From positions 2,766,436 through 2,830,435 of the forward strand of contig SMSO01000031.1 of NCBI GenBank assembly GCA_004764695.1: 64,000 nt of DNA, read 5' to 3'. Origin of the DNA: Schizochytrium sp. TIO01. Its lineage: Eukaryota > Protista > Bigyra: Labyrinthulomycetes. Numbering within the stretch: position 1 is the stretch's first letter; each line of letters starts with the position of its first letter. The notes under the pieces are model-generated. The model did not search any database and was not told the DNA's origin. It was given only the letters and a program-made list of their open reading frames with translations. Shown in pieces: positions 1-10,531 of this stretch. A program made the translations under genes and the position numbers.

Positions 1-1683
1 TTAAATCGCAACGGTGACCTTGGTTCTGAAGCTCGACGCTTCAACTTTGACCTTCGCCCTCGTCTCGTTTTATGCCGAGGACAAGTTGTAGACGCTCTCG
101 TACGTTCGGGTGTGTCCAATTATCTACAGTTTCAGAGCCTTGATGATGCGCTTTTTCTCGATGCGGATGGGATTGTCATGAGAGTCCCGTGCTCTAAAGC
201 TGCTGTTTTCAAGTCAAAGGATCTTGGGATGGGTGAAAAGCGTCAGCTCATGCGCTTTCTTCAATACTGCATGGATGCCACCACGAAGGAGCGCGCGGGA
301 GGTCAAGCTGACGCACTTAAGTTTCGTAATGAAGAAAGCTTGAATCAAGGGCGGTCCTTGGCGCGCCCGCAGAATAAGAAAGAAGCGGCATTGGACTCTG
401 TTGATAATGATGCAGACTTCGCAAGTTTTCTTCAAGGTTCATGTGGTTTGTCTCCGCGACTTGCCGCCGCTATTCTATATGCAGTAGCCCTTCTCCCAGA
501 TAAGCAAACTGTGACTGTAAGTGAAGGTATGCGTCGAGTACAAAAATACCTTGCCGGACTTGGTCGCTTTGGTGTAACTGCTTTTCTTTGTCCCATGTAT
601 GGAACTGCAGAACTAGCTCAAGCCTTTGGGCGGCTTGGTTCTGTGCATGGAGGTATTTTTGTCTTGCGCCAATCCATCAAAGAACTCGTACCGGGGGAAG
701 AAACCGAGACCGACGCTGATACCAAATCCGATACACCTAGTAGTCAGAATATTGAAAACAAAAAGACTGTAGTCCAAGTGCACTTGGAGAACGGCGAAGT
801 TGTACGCGCACGAAATGTCATTGCTGCTCAGTATGCATTACCGACGAATATCACAAATGGACCATCAAGTGGAGACCAAGACATTTTATCAACTAGTTTT
901 GAGATACGTCGCATCTGTGTATTCAACGCGCCGATTCTCTCCCTCATCGCAAATCTTGATAAAGAACAGCTTACCAAACTTCTTGATGCCAGTGCAGTGT
1001 GCGGTCACCCTCCTGAAAAACGAGCTTTTCCTCCCATGGCACGGTCTCTTATGGTGATTGCTCCTGGTAATCATAATTTTGCCAATGATACTTGCGTGCA
1101 TGCCATTCAATTGGATAGCACTGCCGAGGCGGCTGCTCCGGGCTTCTTTGTGCTTCACTTGACTACGGTTGCACAGAGCATAACAGAAGGACGCGAGATT
1201 CTTGCGAAAGTACTGAGTGAGTTGACAGCAAGAGCCCAGTCTTGCTATGCTGCATTCAAATGTTCGGATTCGGCTTCAGCACAAGTTCAACTACAGTGGG
1301 AAATTGAGCTTGCACGACCTTTGTCCGTAGGAAATTCCTCCACCGCTCAATCTTGCGATGCAGAAAGCACGGCAAAGAACTTACCTCCGGGTGTACTTGT
1401 TATCCCGCCTCAGGGACATGGCGTAGACACCGAAGATTTTCTTGTTGCCGCGGAGACTGTTTTTCGTGAGGTGCGCTCAGCAACTATAGAGCGTCCCTTC
1501 TTACCCGCAGAAGCCGAGCGCGAGGTTCGAAACCCATACGCTGTCGCAAGCGGTGATGATGATGGTGTTGCTGACTTTGTTAAGCGCGTCCGTGTTCCCC
1601 AGCCTGTGGACTTGCGCTGGTTCACTTACTTGGACGGAAAACTCAGCTCCTCTGGTGCTTCTGTCAGCCTCAGCATGCACTGA
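1..1683 (+). CDS. CHM: Rab escort protein / Rab geranylgeranyltransferase component A (GDI/CHM family), 5'-truncated by the window edge
   Basis: Frame 1 is open from base 1 (LNRNGDLGSEARRFNFDLRPRLVLCRGQVVDALVRSGVSNYLQF), so the track's GTG start at 112 is not the real start. REP/GDI motifs: RRFNxDL, VPCSKAAVFKSKDLGMGEKRQLMRFL, LGRFGVTAFLCPMYGTAELAQAFGRLGSVHGGIFVL. Long insertions favour REP over GDI. Confidence 0.88.
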   Translation, partial: LNRNGDLGSEARRFNFDLRPRLVLCRGQVVDALVRSGVSNYLQFQSLDDALFLDADGIVMRVPCSKAAVFKSKDLGMGEKRQLMRFLQYCMDATTKERAGGQADALKFRNEESLNQGRSLARPQNKKEAALDSVDNDADFASFLQGSCGLSPRLAAAILYAVALLPDKQTVTVSEGMRRVQKYLAGLGRFGVTAFLCPMYGTAELAQAFGRLGSVHGGIFVLRQSIKELVPGEETETDADTKSDTPSSQNIENKKTVVQVHLENGEVVRARNVIAAQYALPTNITNGPSSGDQDILSTSFEIRRICVFNAPILSLIANLDKEQLTKLLDASAVCGHPPEKRAFPPMARSLMVIAPGNHNFANDTCVHAIQLDSTAEAAAPGFFVLHLTTVAQSITEGREILAKVLSELTARAQSCYAAFKCSDSASAQVQLQWEIELARPLSVGNSSTAQSCDAESTAKNLPPGVLVIPPQGHGVDTEDFLVAAETVFREVRSATIERPFLPAEAEREVRNPYAVASGDDDGVADFVKRVRVPQPVDLRWFTYLDGKLSSSGASVSLSMH

Positions 1684-2892
1684 CATACTATGCTGCTTCC
1701 TTGTCCTACTAGATAGGTCATCGTTCAAGTAAGTTGTCGCAACTCACTAGTAGCTTCACTCTCGCCACTATTTAAGAGCATAATTCCTATTTTTGTGCTG
1801 ACTCAGCAAAAACTTCTGAGCTGATGTTGGTCTACCTTGTGTCGCCCTTAACGCCACCAAATGATCAAATTTGGCGCTTCGATGTCCTCCTCGAAATTTC
1901 TAACACATGTGTCGGCGAGTTGAACTAGTGGGAAGCCTCCGCACGAATGGGCTCTCGTGCAGGCGCGCCGCTTGTTTGCTCGTAACCATAGGCTGCTAGC
2001 ATGATGCACCCGAGCACATCCCCCCACGAAGCGTGCTAAGCCCGTGCCACGATGGAAGAGCGCTCTCAGAAAGCTCCCTTTCAACTGTAAACTATGTAGA
2101 AGTTTTTCTTTTACAAAGGCGAACTTCTTTTCGTTTCTTTCCTCAACAAATACCGCTAGGCCTGGCTAGAATTAAAAATGCTCATACCTAGCATCTAACA
2201 ATAAGAAAAAAGTAGAGAAAAGCAATAAGCGAGAAGCGAAACTAAAGGAAGAAGAGCTGGTTGAGCTGACTCATAGTGAGGGTTTCATTGCTCAAGGCCG
2301 AGGGATGCAACTTATAGTTGGTATTCGAGCTGCGACTCCTGCTCCGAAAGAAACAGCAACTGCATCACCTAGCTGCGAAAAGACATGAGATGATTGAGGC
2401 CAACGCGTGAGCACTTTTACGTCAGCTTGCGTTGAGGAAGCCCCGGAGAAATCAGGCGAACTGATCATACTACCTACTGCCAAGAGAGTTCATAAAGTGA
2501 AGTGAAAAGATGTCTGCTTGCTGTTTCGTCTTATTATTCTCCCAACTGAACTTGAAGCCCTTACGCTCCCTCCATGCATTCCTGACAGCGTTTCTAATTA
2601 GCGTTTCTTCACGCTATATTTTCCTATCATCTGCGAGTCATCAAGTCGAGCGTCTCTTCTTTTCTTTTTCTTTTTTTTAAATAGCCGAAGTGAAACGTAA
2701 GTGCTGACTACTACTACTCCTCCTACTGGGTTATATACAAAGTGAAGAGATCGGCGCGAATGAGGAATTGCAAAGTCCTCTTCTTCCCCAGCAAAACCTG
2801 AATGATATAGAATGTTGATACATGTACAACACAGTGCCTGAGTTTGACAATCAACGCAGAGTATTTAACAACTTAAGATTCAATAAGGTATT

Positions 2893-3678
2893 ATGACTCA
2901 GGACATCAGCGAGGTTCGCAAGGTATCAAGTCGAAATCGCTTGGGCGGCAAACTTAGGAGCACATTCAAGAGCAAGCTGACACGGAAAAGGAAAGACTCA
3001 TACAGCAGTAGCAGTACCAGTGGGTCACCCAACTCAGGACCTTCTTCAAGGAAAAGCTATATAAAAGACGTGTTTCATCACGATGAACCTCAAATCGAGA
3101 TTGACAATTTATCACTGCCGTCGTTCGTAAGTACAAGTACGAAGAGCTCCTCGACAAATATTTTCGCCAATTTTGCGCAGAAGTCAAAGAAAGGCGCTTC
3201 AAGCAAGAGCGGCAAAACATGGCGCAAGATTAAAAATTCAAAGTCTCTCTTTACGTCTGCATCCCAACAAGGTTCTCGCCAAAAGGACACACGCACGTCT
3301 TCACATAAGAAAGTAGCTCAAAAGACAACAATTTCGCGAAATGCCTCGGCTTTTGGCAAAGACCCACATTCGCCAGAAGATAATGTTAACATACCTACCC
3401 CAGAGATTAAAGACCCTGGAAATGAAGCCCCCCGAGAAACGAGGCTAAATGCAACAGATGTTGGAGGCGAAGACTACGAAAAGTATTTCGATGAAGTTTA
3501 TGAAAAACGCACAACTCAGTTTGCTCAAGCTTTCCCAGGTATTCCTATTGGAACTACACGGAGTGAGTTTTATCAACAGGCCACTCGTAATGGAGTTCCA
3601 TACAATTATTTAGACCCTTTCATTCGACAACGAGTTCTCGACGAACGCAAGATGTACTATTTTCCCGACCTCTTCTGA
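2893..3678 (+). CDS. Hypothetical protein, Ser/Lys-rich low-complexity N-terminus (261 aa)
   Basis: ATG-initiated 261-codon ORF between non-coding stretches. No recognisable domain; the last ~70 aa (YEKYFDEVYEKR...MYYFPDLF) look ordered. Confidence 0.6.
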   Translation: MTQDISEVRKVSSRNRLGGKLRSTFKSKLTRKRKDSYSSSSTSGSPNSGPSSRKSYIKDVFHHDEPQIEIDNLSLPSFVSTSTKSSSTNIFANFAQKSKKGASSKSGKTWRKIKNSKSLFTSASQQGSRQKDTRTSSHKKVAQKTTISRNASAFGKDPHSPEDNVNIPTPEIKDPGNEAPRETRLNATDVGGEDYEKYFDEVYEKRTTQFAQAFPGIPIGTTRSEFYQQATRNGVPYNYLDPFIRQRVLDERKMYYFPDLF

Positions 3679-4745
3679 CATCATTGAAAATCAACCAATG
3701 TGACGACAACCACATCTCCTTGTAACATACTAAGCACCATGTTTCACGTTCATACAAGTCTTCCTTAGGCCACATCCACTGGCGTTTCACTGATTCTACT
3801 CTTTTTGCAGAGACTCCAATGATGTTTATCAGCCAGCTGGCATGGTCATGTACCATAATATTCTTGCGAGATTCGACTCAGCTTTCCTATATGTTACATC
3901 TCTGACTCCAGTCCAAGCTTAATATTCCATTCCCCACTTCCGTTTAGGCGCAATGACTCGATTGCGCCTGTAATTGACGCCTTGAAAAGGAATACCTAGT
4001 ACTAGGCACAGGAGCTCCAACGTGGATCAGGAATACAGCCCAAATTAGTTATACCCTACCATTTTTTTAAAAACTCTAGGCCCGATAAAGAAATAGTACT
4101 GCCTACTTTGGGTGAAAGGTCTATACGAAACGAAACTTACCACGCAGCTCTTTTCTTTGTAAAGATTTTTTTTAATTAATAAAGAAAAAAAAATTAAAGC
4201 ACTAGCTAGTAGTAGATCGTACCTATCAATTAGCGGCAAAAGCCACGAATGCAAAACAATAGCAACGCAATCCTCGAACTTCAAGCTTTGGCCGACTGGG
4301 AGGCTGGCCGCAACTCCCGATTTTCCTCGCCTGTCTCGGCGGCCTTGTGTTGGACTTCTGAAGCTATAAAGTGCAGCGAGAGGCGCCTTTACACCTCCGC
4401 CTGCGGCGCACGATCTCCAGCACTGGGTTGATTCATCCAACCGACTGGCCTCCTGGCTCTGTTTCTTTCTCTCTCTCTCAGATTTCTTTTTAACTGTTTG
4501 ACTGCCTTGCTTTTCCTTTTCACAGCTCGTTTGTCACACAAGACTAGGCCAAGCTCTCTATTAGTTGGAGCTGGGTGAAGCGTTGTTGCTGCGCCTGGAA
4601 ATACGGTGTCTTCCCAGATTTTATTCATCTTTCTGGTTTCGTCGTCGAGGCCAGCTATTCCTAATTTGGGTTTCTATTTGCTTTTCCTGATTGAAATTTG
4701 TGATTGAGCGATCTTCATCATTGGATTAATAAAAGTTTAGGCAAG

Positions 4746-7700
4746 ATGGCGGAATCCGTGCAGAGGACATCGAGCTTCATGTGGTCTGCTGAAGCTCGGC
4801 CTACTGACCGTGTCACAGAATATGGAGATGGCGGCGGCGTGGGTGGTGGCACCATGTCACGGCTGCGTCGAGGCATTTTCCACAATCAGCGTCAACGGCA
4901 GAAAAGAGACAATGTCACAGAAGACACCGGCAAAGGCAAACTTGGCATGATTGAAGGTGTCTTCTTTCGTGTCTTGACAAATCTTTTTGGTGTCATTCTC
5001 TTTTTGCGTTTAGGGTGGCTTACAGCATATGCGGGAATCGGCCTTGCAATTCTCGTTGTACTTTTATCTTCATCACTAACACTCACAACAGCACTCTCAT
5101 TAAGTGCAATCTGTACCAACGGCAAGGTGGCTGCTGGTGGAGCGTACTATCTCATTAGTCGTGCACTCGGCCCCGAGTTTGGTGCCAGTATCGGCGTGCT
5201 CTTCTACGTTGCCACGGCTGTTTCTATTTCTCTTTACCTGCTGGGATTCGCTGAAACTGTGGTTAACCAGATTGGCACTACAATTATCAACGAGGATTGG
5301 GATTTACGATTTATTGCTTTCCTGGGTCTCATCTTTTGCCAGATGGTTTGTCTTGTTGGCGTTTCAGTTGTGGTCAAGGTTGAAAAGATCATGCTTTTCA
5401 TCGTAATTATTGCTGTCTGCCTTTTCGTCATTGGCGTTTTCATTGGCCCGGATAGCACTCCTAACCAGTATGGTTTTGTTGGTCTACAAAGCGGTCTCAA
5501 CACTGAATCTGATTTTCCTGGTGCGTCAACACCAGTTCCTTCAGATCTGACTTATCTTGCAATCGAAGGTCTCACGAAAGCATCCCAGTGTATCACCTCA
5601 TCAAGTGACCTCTTGCGTTCTGAATACGGCAATGTCAACCTTGGTATTACGCTTTCTGTGTTTTTCCCTGCTGTCACGGGTATTTTGGCCGGTGCTAACA
5701 TCTCTGGTGACCTAAAGAACCCGTCATACGCAATTCCAACTGGTACAGTAATCGCAATTATACTTGGTGCTTTCATTTATATCATCCTCGTGGTTATTTT
5801 CGGTGCTTCTTTTGAGCGAGTCACCGTCAGTGGAGCTACATTCGCGCACAATACAACAGACACAGATGGCGCCACTGTAATGATGTTCAATTGTCAATTC
5901 AGTGGTCTTTTTCACGATTCGACGCTTATTGCAATGACTTCTGTATCTCCTGGATTCGTGTTTTTTGGTATCTACGCTGCCTCATTATCCTCCGGACTTG
6001 CCTCTCTTCTTGGAGCACCGCGCATTCTTCAAGCTCTAGCTAAAGATCGTCTGTTCTCTACCTTTGATCCACTCGCGAAGGGTTATGGCCCCAGCGACGA
6101 GCCGCTGCGTGCCTACGCCGTCACATTTATCATCGCTGCTCTTTGCATCCTGACTGGTGACATTAACTCTGTGGCGCCCCTGATCACCACATTTTTTCTG
6201 GCATCATACTCAATGGTAAACTACGCTTGCTTTTCGGCTGAGGAGTCAAATTCGCCAGGATGGCGTCCCACGTTCCGGTATTTTGATAAGTGGTTGGCCT
6301 TTCTTGGTGCGCTTGGCTGCATCACAGTTATGCTTTTTCTCTCAGCTATTACCGGATTTGTTACATTCACGATTGGTCTTGGTCTCTACAAGTACGTTGA
6401 AGTCTCCGTGCGAGAAGGCTTGGGCTCTGCATCCAACTGGGGTCCACACAAAGAGTCAGCGGAGTACAATACAGCGTTAGATTCCGTTCTACTTCTCGAG
6501 GAGCACACTGATCCTAGCGCGTTTTCTAGTGCTGTAGCTGCAAGTAATCAGTCTGCAACCCAAAATTTGAAACGACGCTCTGGAGCCTCTGCACGCCACA
6601 GTGTTGAGCCCACCTCTGCTACCTCGCATACAGAGATTGAGCTCAGTGGAGTGCAAAAGTCTGGCACTCTCGATGATGACTATACGGTTGACGTTGGACC
6701 CGGACTAGAGGATGAGATGGACGATACTCTTGATCGAGACGACCATCACGAGACGGGCGGCAGCTTCATGGCTCACGACTCGCAATTTGATACAACTCAT
6801 GTCAAAAACTATCGCCCCCAATGTCTCGTGCTTTCTGGGCCGCCACGCCAACGTCCAGCACTTGCTCTCTTTGTAGCTGGTTTGCGCAAGGCACGTGGTG
6901 TGACTGTGTTTGGAGACATTCTAGTGGGAGATCTCTCCGATCCTAGTCTCTTGCGATTGCGCAATATGCGGGCAAAGGTATCCTATGTGTCTCAATTTGG
7001 AATTAAGGCATTCAATGACGTTATCATTGCGCCATCCTTCCGCACTGGCTGCCGTTCTCTCATGCAAGTTTCAGGCCTTGGCCGTCGCATGCGTGTCAAC
7101 ACTGTTGTTATGGGCTTTTTAGATGAGTGGAGAACCCCCATGAGTGAGCGCTTGAAGGGCCTTGGCGTGAGTGATGATCAGCATTTTGATGCAGACCATG
7201 GCCATGCACCAACACGCCAGGGTCATGGCCATCAAGTTCACGAAGACTTGGACTTTTCGCCGCCCCCTAGTGTTGCTGATTATGTGGGTGTAATTGGTGA
7301 TGCCTTTGATCTCGGCCTTGGCGTGGCTATCCTTCGCGGTGAGCTCGATCTTTTGCGTAGTGAATATCTAACGCAAACAGTCCAAACTGAGATGGACCGG
7401 GTGCTTTCACTTGGCCTTGCATCTGCAGGGCCTCGATTTGCTTCTCAGAACGGAGCTTACCAAAACCCGAACTACACTGATGTAAATGAGTACCTGGAGC
7501 GCTACGAACCAAACGCACAAACCCGTGCACATCAGCGCACCGAAAGTATAGACCTTGATGAAGATCGCGCCCACCATTCTTCTGACGGCACAACCGCAAA
7601 TGCGGATATGGATGGAACTCCAACTCTTGAAAGTGAGAACTCCGCTGCCCATACGTCATCAGCAAGGCCTGTAGCTGGTGTTGGCTCCGTATCAAATGGC

Positions 7701-8414
7701 CAGGACCGTGTGTCTTCAGTGCCAGTTGGTCGTAAATCGGCAAAGCGGATCGACGTATGGTGGCTTGTTGACGACGGTGGATTGACGATCATGTTGCCCC
7801 ATATTTTGCGCCAGGCATCATCACCTCCCTGGGTGGGATGTAAACTTCGCGTCATGGCAATCGGAGCAAGTGAGGAAGAGGCTCGAACTGAAGAAAAGGC
7901 TATGGAGCAACTTCTCACTAAACTGCGAATTCCAGCAGAGGTCAGCATCGTCGCTCTAAACGATTTCGATGCGAAAGCTCAACAAGAGCGATCTGGAGAT
8001 CGTGCTGAATTTAGTATGAAGGCTGACGATGATCGCCGCGACTCCCGCCTTGATTCGCTGGACAATGTTGCACTCGATTATGATGACAGTGAATATACTG
8101 CACAAAACGGAGAGGAACATGATGGTATGGCTGATGTTGATGCCGGGGATATCCAACACCAGCTCTATCGTGCATACAGTAGCATGGAAGGCCATGAGAA
8201 CACCACAAGGCAGTCGACCTACGAAAAAGTTGGAAAATTAATTGCAAGGTTCTCCGCGGATGCTCTCATTGTTTTTGTATCTTTGCCCGTCCCACCAATG
8301 TCTTTGGATCCTGAGGAGTACATGAAATGGCTTGACCTTTTATCTAAGGATTGTGCTCCTCCTGTTCTCATGGTCCGTGGCTCTCAGCGTGACGTTGTTA
8401 CTACAATTTCATAA
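4746..8414 (+). CDS. SLC12A: Cation-chloride cotransporter, SLC12 family (NKCC/NCC-like), ~1222 aa
   Basis: First in-frame ATG at 4746 (track start 4704 is TTG). About 12 TM segments. Motifs GVILFLRLGW, SAICTNG, GGAYYLISRALGPEFGASIG, FFPAVTGILAGANISGDLKNPSYAIPTGT, GAPRILQALAKD, SPGWRPTFRY, HVKNYRPQCLVL, IDVWWLVDDGGLTIMLPHIL, C-terminal VRGSQRDVVT. Confidence 0.95.
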   Translation: MAESVQRTSSFMWSAEARPTDRVTEYGDGGGVGGGTMSRLRRGIFHNQRQRQKRDNVTEDTGKGKLGMIEGVFFRVLTNLFGVILFLRLGWLTAYAGIGLAILVVLLSSSLTLTTALSLSAICTNGKVAAGGAYYLISRALGPEFGASIGVLFYVATAVSISLYLLGFAETVVNQIGTTIINEDWDLRFIAFLGLIFCQMVCLVGVSVVVKVEKIMLFIVIIAVCLFVIGVFIGPDSTPNQYGFVGLQSGLNTESDFPGASTPVPSDLTYLAIEGLTKASQCITSSSDLLRSEYGNVNLGITLSVFFPAVTGILAGANISGDLKNPSYAIPTGTVIAIILGAFIYIILVVIFGASFERVTVSGATFAHNTTDTDGATVMMFNCQFSGLFHDSTLIAMTSVSPGFVFFGIYAASLSSGLASLLGAPRILQALAKDRLFSTFDPLAKGYGPSDEPLRAYAVTFIIAALCILTGDINSVAPLITTFFLASYSMVNYACFSAEESNSPGWRPTFRYFDKWLAFLGALGCITVMLFLSAITGFVTFTIGLGLYKYVEVSVREGLGSASNWGPHKESAEYNTALDSVLLLEEHTDPSAFSSAVAASNQSATQNLKRRSGASARHSVEPTSATSHTEIELSGVQKSGTLDDDYTVDVGPGLEDEMDDTLDRDDHHETGGSFMAHDSQFDTTHVKNYRPQCLVLSGPPRQRPALALFVAGLRKARGVTVFGDILVGDLSDPSLLRLRNMRAKVSYVSQFGIKAFNDVIIAPSFRTGCRSLMQVSGLGRRMRVNTVVMGFLDEWRTPMSERLKGLGVSDDQHFDADHGHAPTRQGHGHQVHEDLDFSPPPSVADYVGVIGDAFDLGLGVAILRGELDLLRSEYLTQTVQTEMDRVLSLGLASAGPRFASQNGAYQNPNYTDVNEYLERYEPNAQTRAHQRTESIDLDEDRAHHSSDGTTANADMDGTPTLESENSAAHTSSARPVAGVGSVSNGQDRVSSVPVGRKSAKRIDVWWLVDDGGLTIMLPHILRQASSPPWVGCKLRVMAIGASEEEARTEEKAMEQLLTKLRIPAEVSIVALNDFDAKAQQERSGDRAEFSMKADDDRRDSRLDSLDNVALDYDDSEYTAQNGEEHDGMADVDAGDIQHQLYRAYSSMEGHENTTRQSTYEKVGKLIARFSADALIVFVSLPVPPMSLDPEEYMKWLDLLSKDCAPPVLMVRGSQRDVVTTIS

Positions 8415-8944
8415 GTTTTACTTTAGTCGAAACAAGTATAGTGTAGATCTAGTTTCTTCTTTCCTTCCCTGCCTTCCCACCAGGGTTTGAATATTCTAAA
8501 CTTTTAATCTTTAAACAGATATATGCATTTCTAATGTGTTTCATACCATTTTCTACGCACATACCCCGTGTCGTCAAAACTATGTATGTCAAGACCAATT
8601 GTCAATTAAAAGCTGCTGTGCTTGTCTCAAGATGGTGTTTTACTATTTATTCAAAAGGATATCATTTACCGCTTTCTTGTAGTATACATCGAACCTTTTG
8701 AGTTTAACCTGAATGCAATTAGGAAATTTTCTTCCCCCTCTCTTTCGAAATCAATACGCTTCACACGGCAAGATAGTACTCCTCCTCAAAAAGCAAAAAC
8801 AAAATTGCTAATACCATGGTAACAAGACTCATAGGCCAATCTATTGCATGGTGTCACTTTATAATTAGATACTACTTTACCAGAAATACTAATACTTGGC
8901 CCTGCTTTTTATGATTTGGCATAGTTGCAACAAAGTCAATTCGC

Positions 8945-10531
8945 ATGCCATGCCCTACCGCTGCGTGCAAGCTAGTAGGAGATATTGGGTTAGCCTGTTG
9001 TAACCCTACTATAGTGCGCGTGATGTTTGCAAAAGTAAGCGAAACCTTTGCTCGCAAGGAGGTGGCTAAGACCCCTGCGAGACGATGCTTAACCACCAAG
9101 AGGCCACCACCAAGATCTTACTTTCTCAGAAGCCTTCCACCACCGCCTGTCCCTCGTATGTCGTCTAAGACTACCAAGACAAAGTCAGGTCAGGCCCCTA
9201 CTTCGTCATCAATCAAAGCAGGCCCAAAGAGGGCTCACAAGACTGTGCCGCCTCACAACAATTCTAAACAAGCTCCATCCTCTACTTCACAAAGTTCTTA
9301 CGCTGTACCCGTATCTCATCTTAGAGTGTCCCAACCTGTGAAGAAGCACCCTAACGGACGTAGTGAAGGAGACACAAATAACATTGACCTAGCCCCGCCA
9401 TTGGCCAAGAATCATGTGGGTAATTCTGAACATTATGATAAATTTTCGAAGAACGTTGACACTGAGGGAACAGAGGAAACTCTTGAAACGCTTGAGGCCA
9501 ATCTTGCAGCTATCAACGAAGCTGTATCAAACCTGCTTCATGATGTAGACTCAATGTCTATCGAAGATTCTAGTGAAGAGTTTTCGAAAGTGCGACTAGA
9601 AATTCTGAGAGATGCTGAACTGTGCAAGGAAGAATCTCAGCGTATTCAGACTGAGCTCGGCCAAATGCAAAATCTCAAGCCTTTCACTTCTGCCAGAGAC
9701 GCCTCGCTCCAATCAGGAAAAATGACTACGGAAGCACATCGCTCAGCTCCTGGTGAAACATCAAGGGCTATTCACTTTGCAAAGAACCAGACTTTAAAAG
9801 GAAGCTACCTAAATTCTATTCGAAGTGTTCAAGAAAAGGCGCTTTTTAAAGGTAGATCTTCATTTCAGAAAGCATCTGAGGCTTTCAAGTATTCACAAAA
9901 CAGTAGCTCTTTATCTCAGCAAAGCCACGTTAAACCATACTCTGGAAACACAGGGGGTCGTAACATGAATGCAGGCCAAAATAACGATATTGATAGCCAT
10001 TGTAGACAAACGAACACTGCCAATGTGTCATCACCACAAATTCCACCAGACAAACGTATTACTATAGATCTAGGAAACATGTCCATTACCATTGACCCGA
10101 AGAACAATGAAGATTCCTACCCTTTGCCCAACTCTGGCTCGTCATATCCAACGCGTGTCGCTGTCGAAACAAGCGCTGCAAGTATTCCTCGGGAAGAGAG
10201 ACGGGTTGGGGGTGCAACAACGTCAAAGTACTTCCCGCCTCCAGATAAAGGGGATTCTCACATGGACCACGAAAAGCCAAGGGCAAAAGAAGTTGGCAAT
10301 AGCGAGGTTGTGAGGGCATTAGATGAATTTGGAGAACCTTACCGAGCACATGGAGGTGAGTATGTTCTACAAGAGTGCCCGTTTTGCCATGCTACCTATG
10401 GCGACCCTTCCAACATGTACAAGCTATATGTGCATTCAACAATTGGAATGTTTAAATGTTTTAGGTGTGGCGCTGCGGGAGGGTTCAACAAACTCAAGGC
10501 AAAGTTCCAGGAAAAGAAGCGTCTTTATTGA
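8945..10531 (+). CDS. Hypothetical protein with C-terminal Cys4 primase-type (Twinkle/T7 gp4-like) zinc-binding domain; possible mitochondrial presequence (alternative ATG at 9023)
   Basis: 528-codon ORF, mostly low complexity with a short coiled coil. Ends in ECPFCHATYGDPSNMYKLYVHSTIGMFKCFRCGAAGGFNKLK (CxxC-x23-CxxC). The sequence from ATG 9023 is Arg/Lys/Ser-rich. Confidence 0.72.
   Translation: MPCPTAACKLVGDIGLACCNPTIVRVMFAKVSETFARKEVAKTPARRCLTTKRPPPRSYFLRSLPPPPVPRMSSKTTKTKSGQAPTSSSIKAGPKRAHKTVPPHNNSKQAPSSTSQSSYAVPVSHLRVSQPVKKHPNGRSEGDTNNIDLAPPLAKNHVGNSEHYDKFSKNVDTEGTEETLETLEANLAAINEAVSNLLHDVDSMSIEDSSEEFSKVRLEILRDAELCKEESQRIQTELGQMQNLKPFTSARDASLQSGKMTTEAHRSAPGETSRAIHFAKNQTLKGSYLNSIRSVQEKALFKGRSSFQKASEAFKYSQNSSSLSQQSHVKPYSGNTGGRNMNAGQNNDIDSHCRQTNTANVSSPQIPPDKRITIDLGNMSITIDPKNNEDSYPLPNSGSSYPTRVAVETSAASIPREERRVGGATTSKYFPPPDKGDSHMDHEKPRAKEVGNSEVVRALDEFGEPYRAHGGEYVLQECPFCHATYGDPSNMYKLYVHSTIGMFKCFRCGAAGGFNKLKAKFQEKKRLY

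Noticed and set aside
3946-4006. 9-bp hairpin AGGCGCAAT/ATTGCGCCT and 12-bp palindrome CCTAGTACTAGG
   Set aside because: Short enough to occur by chance in 64 kb; no U-tract or other supporting context.
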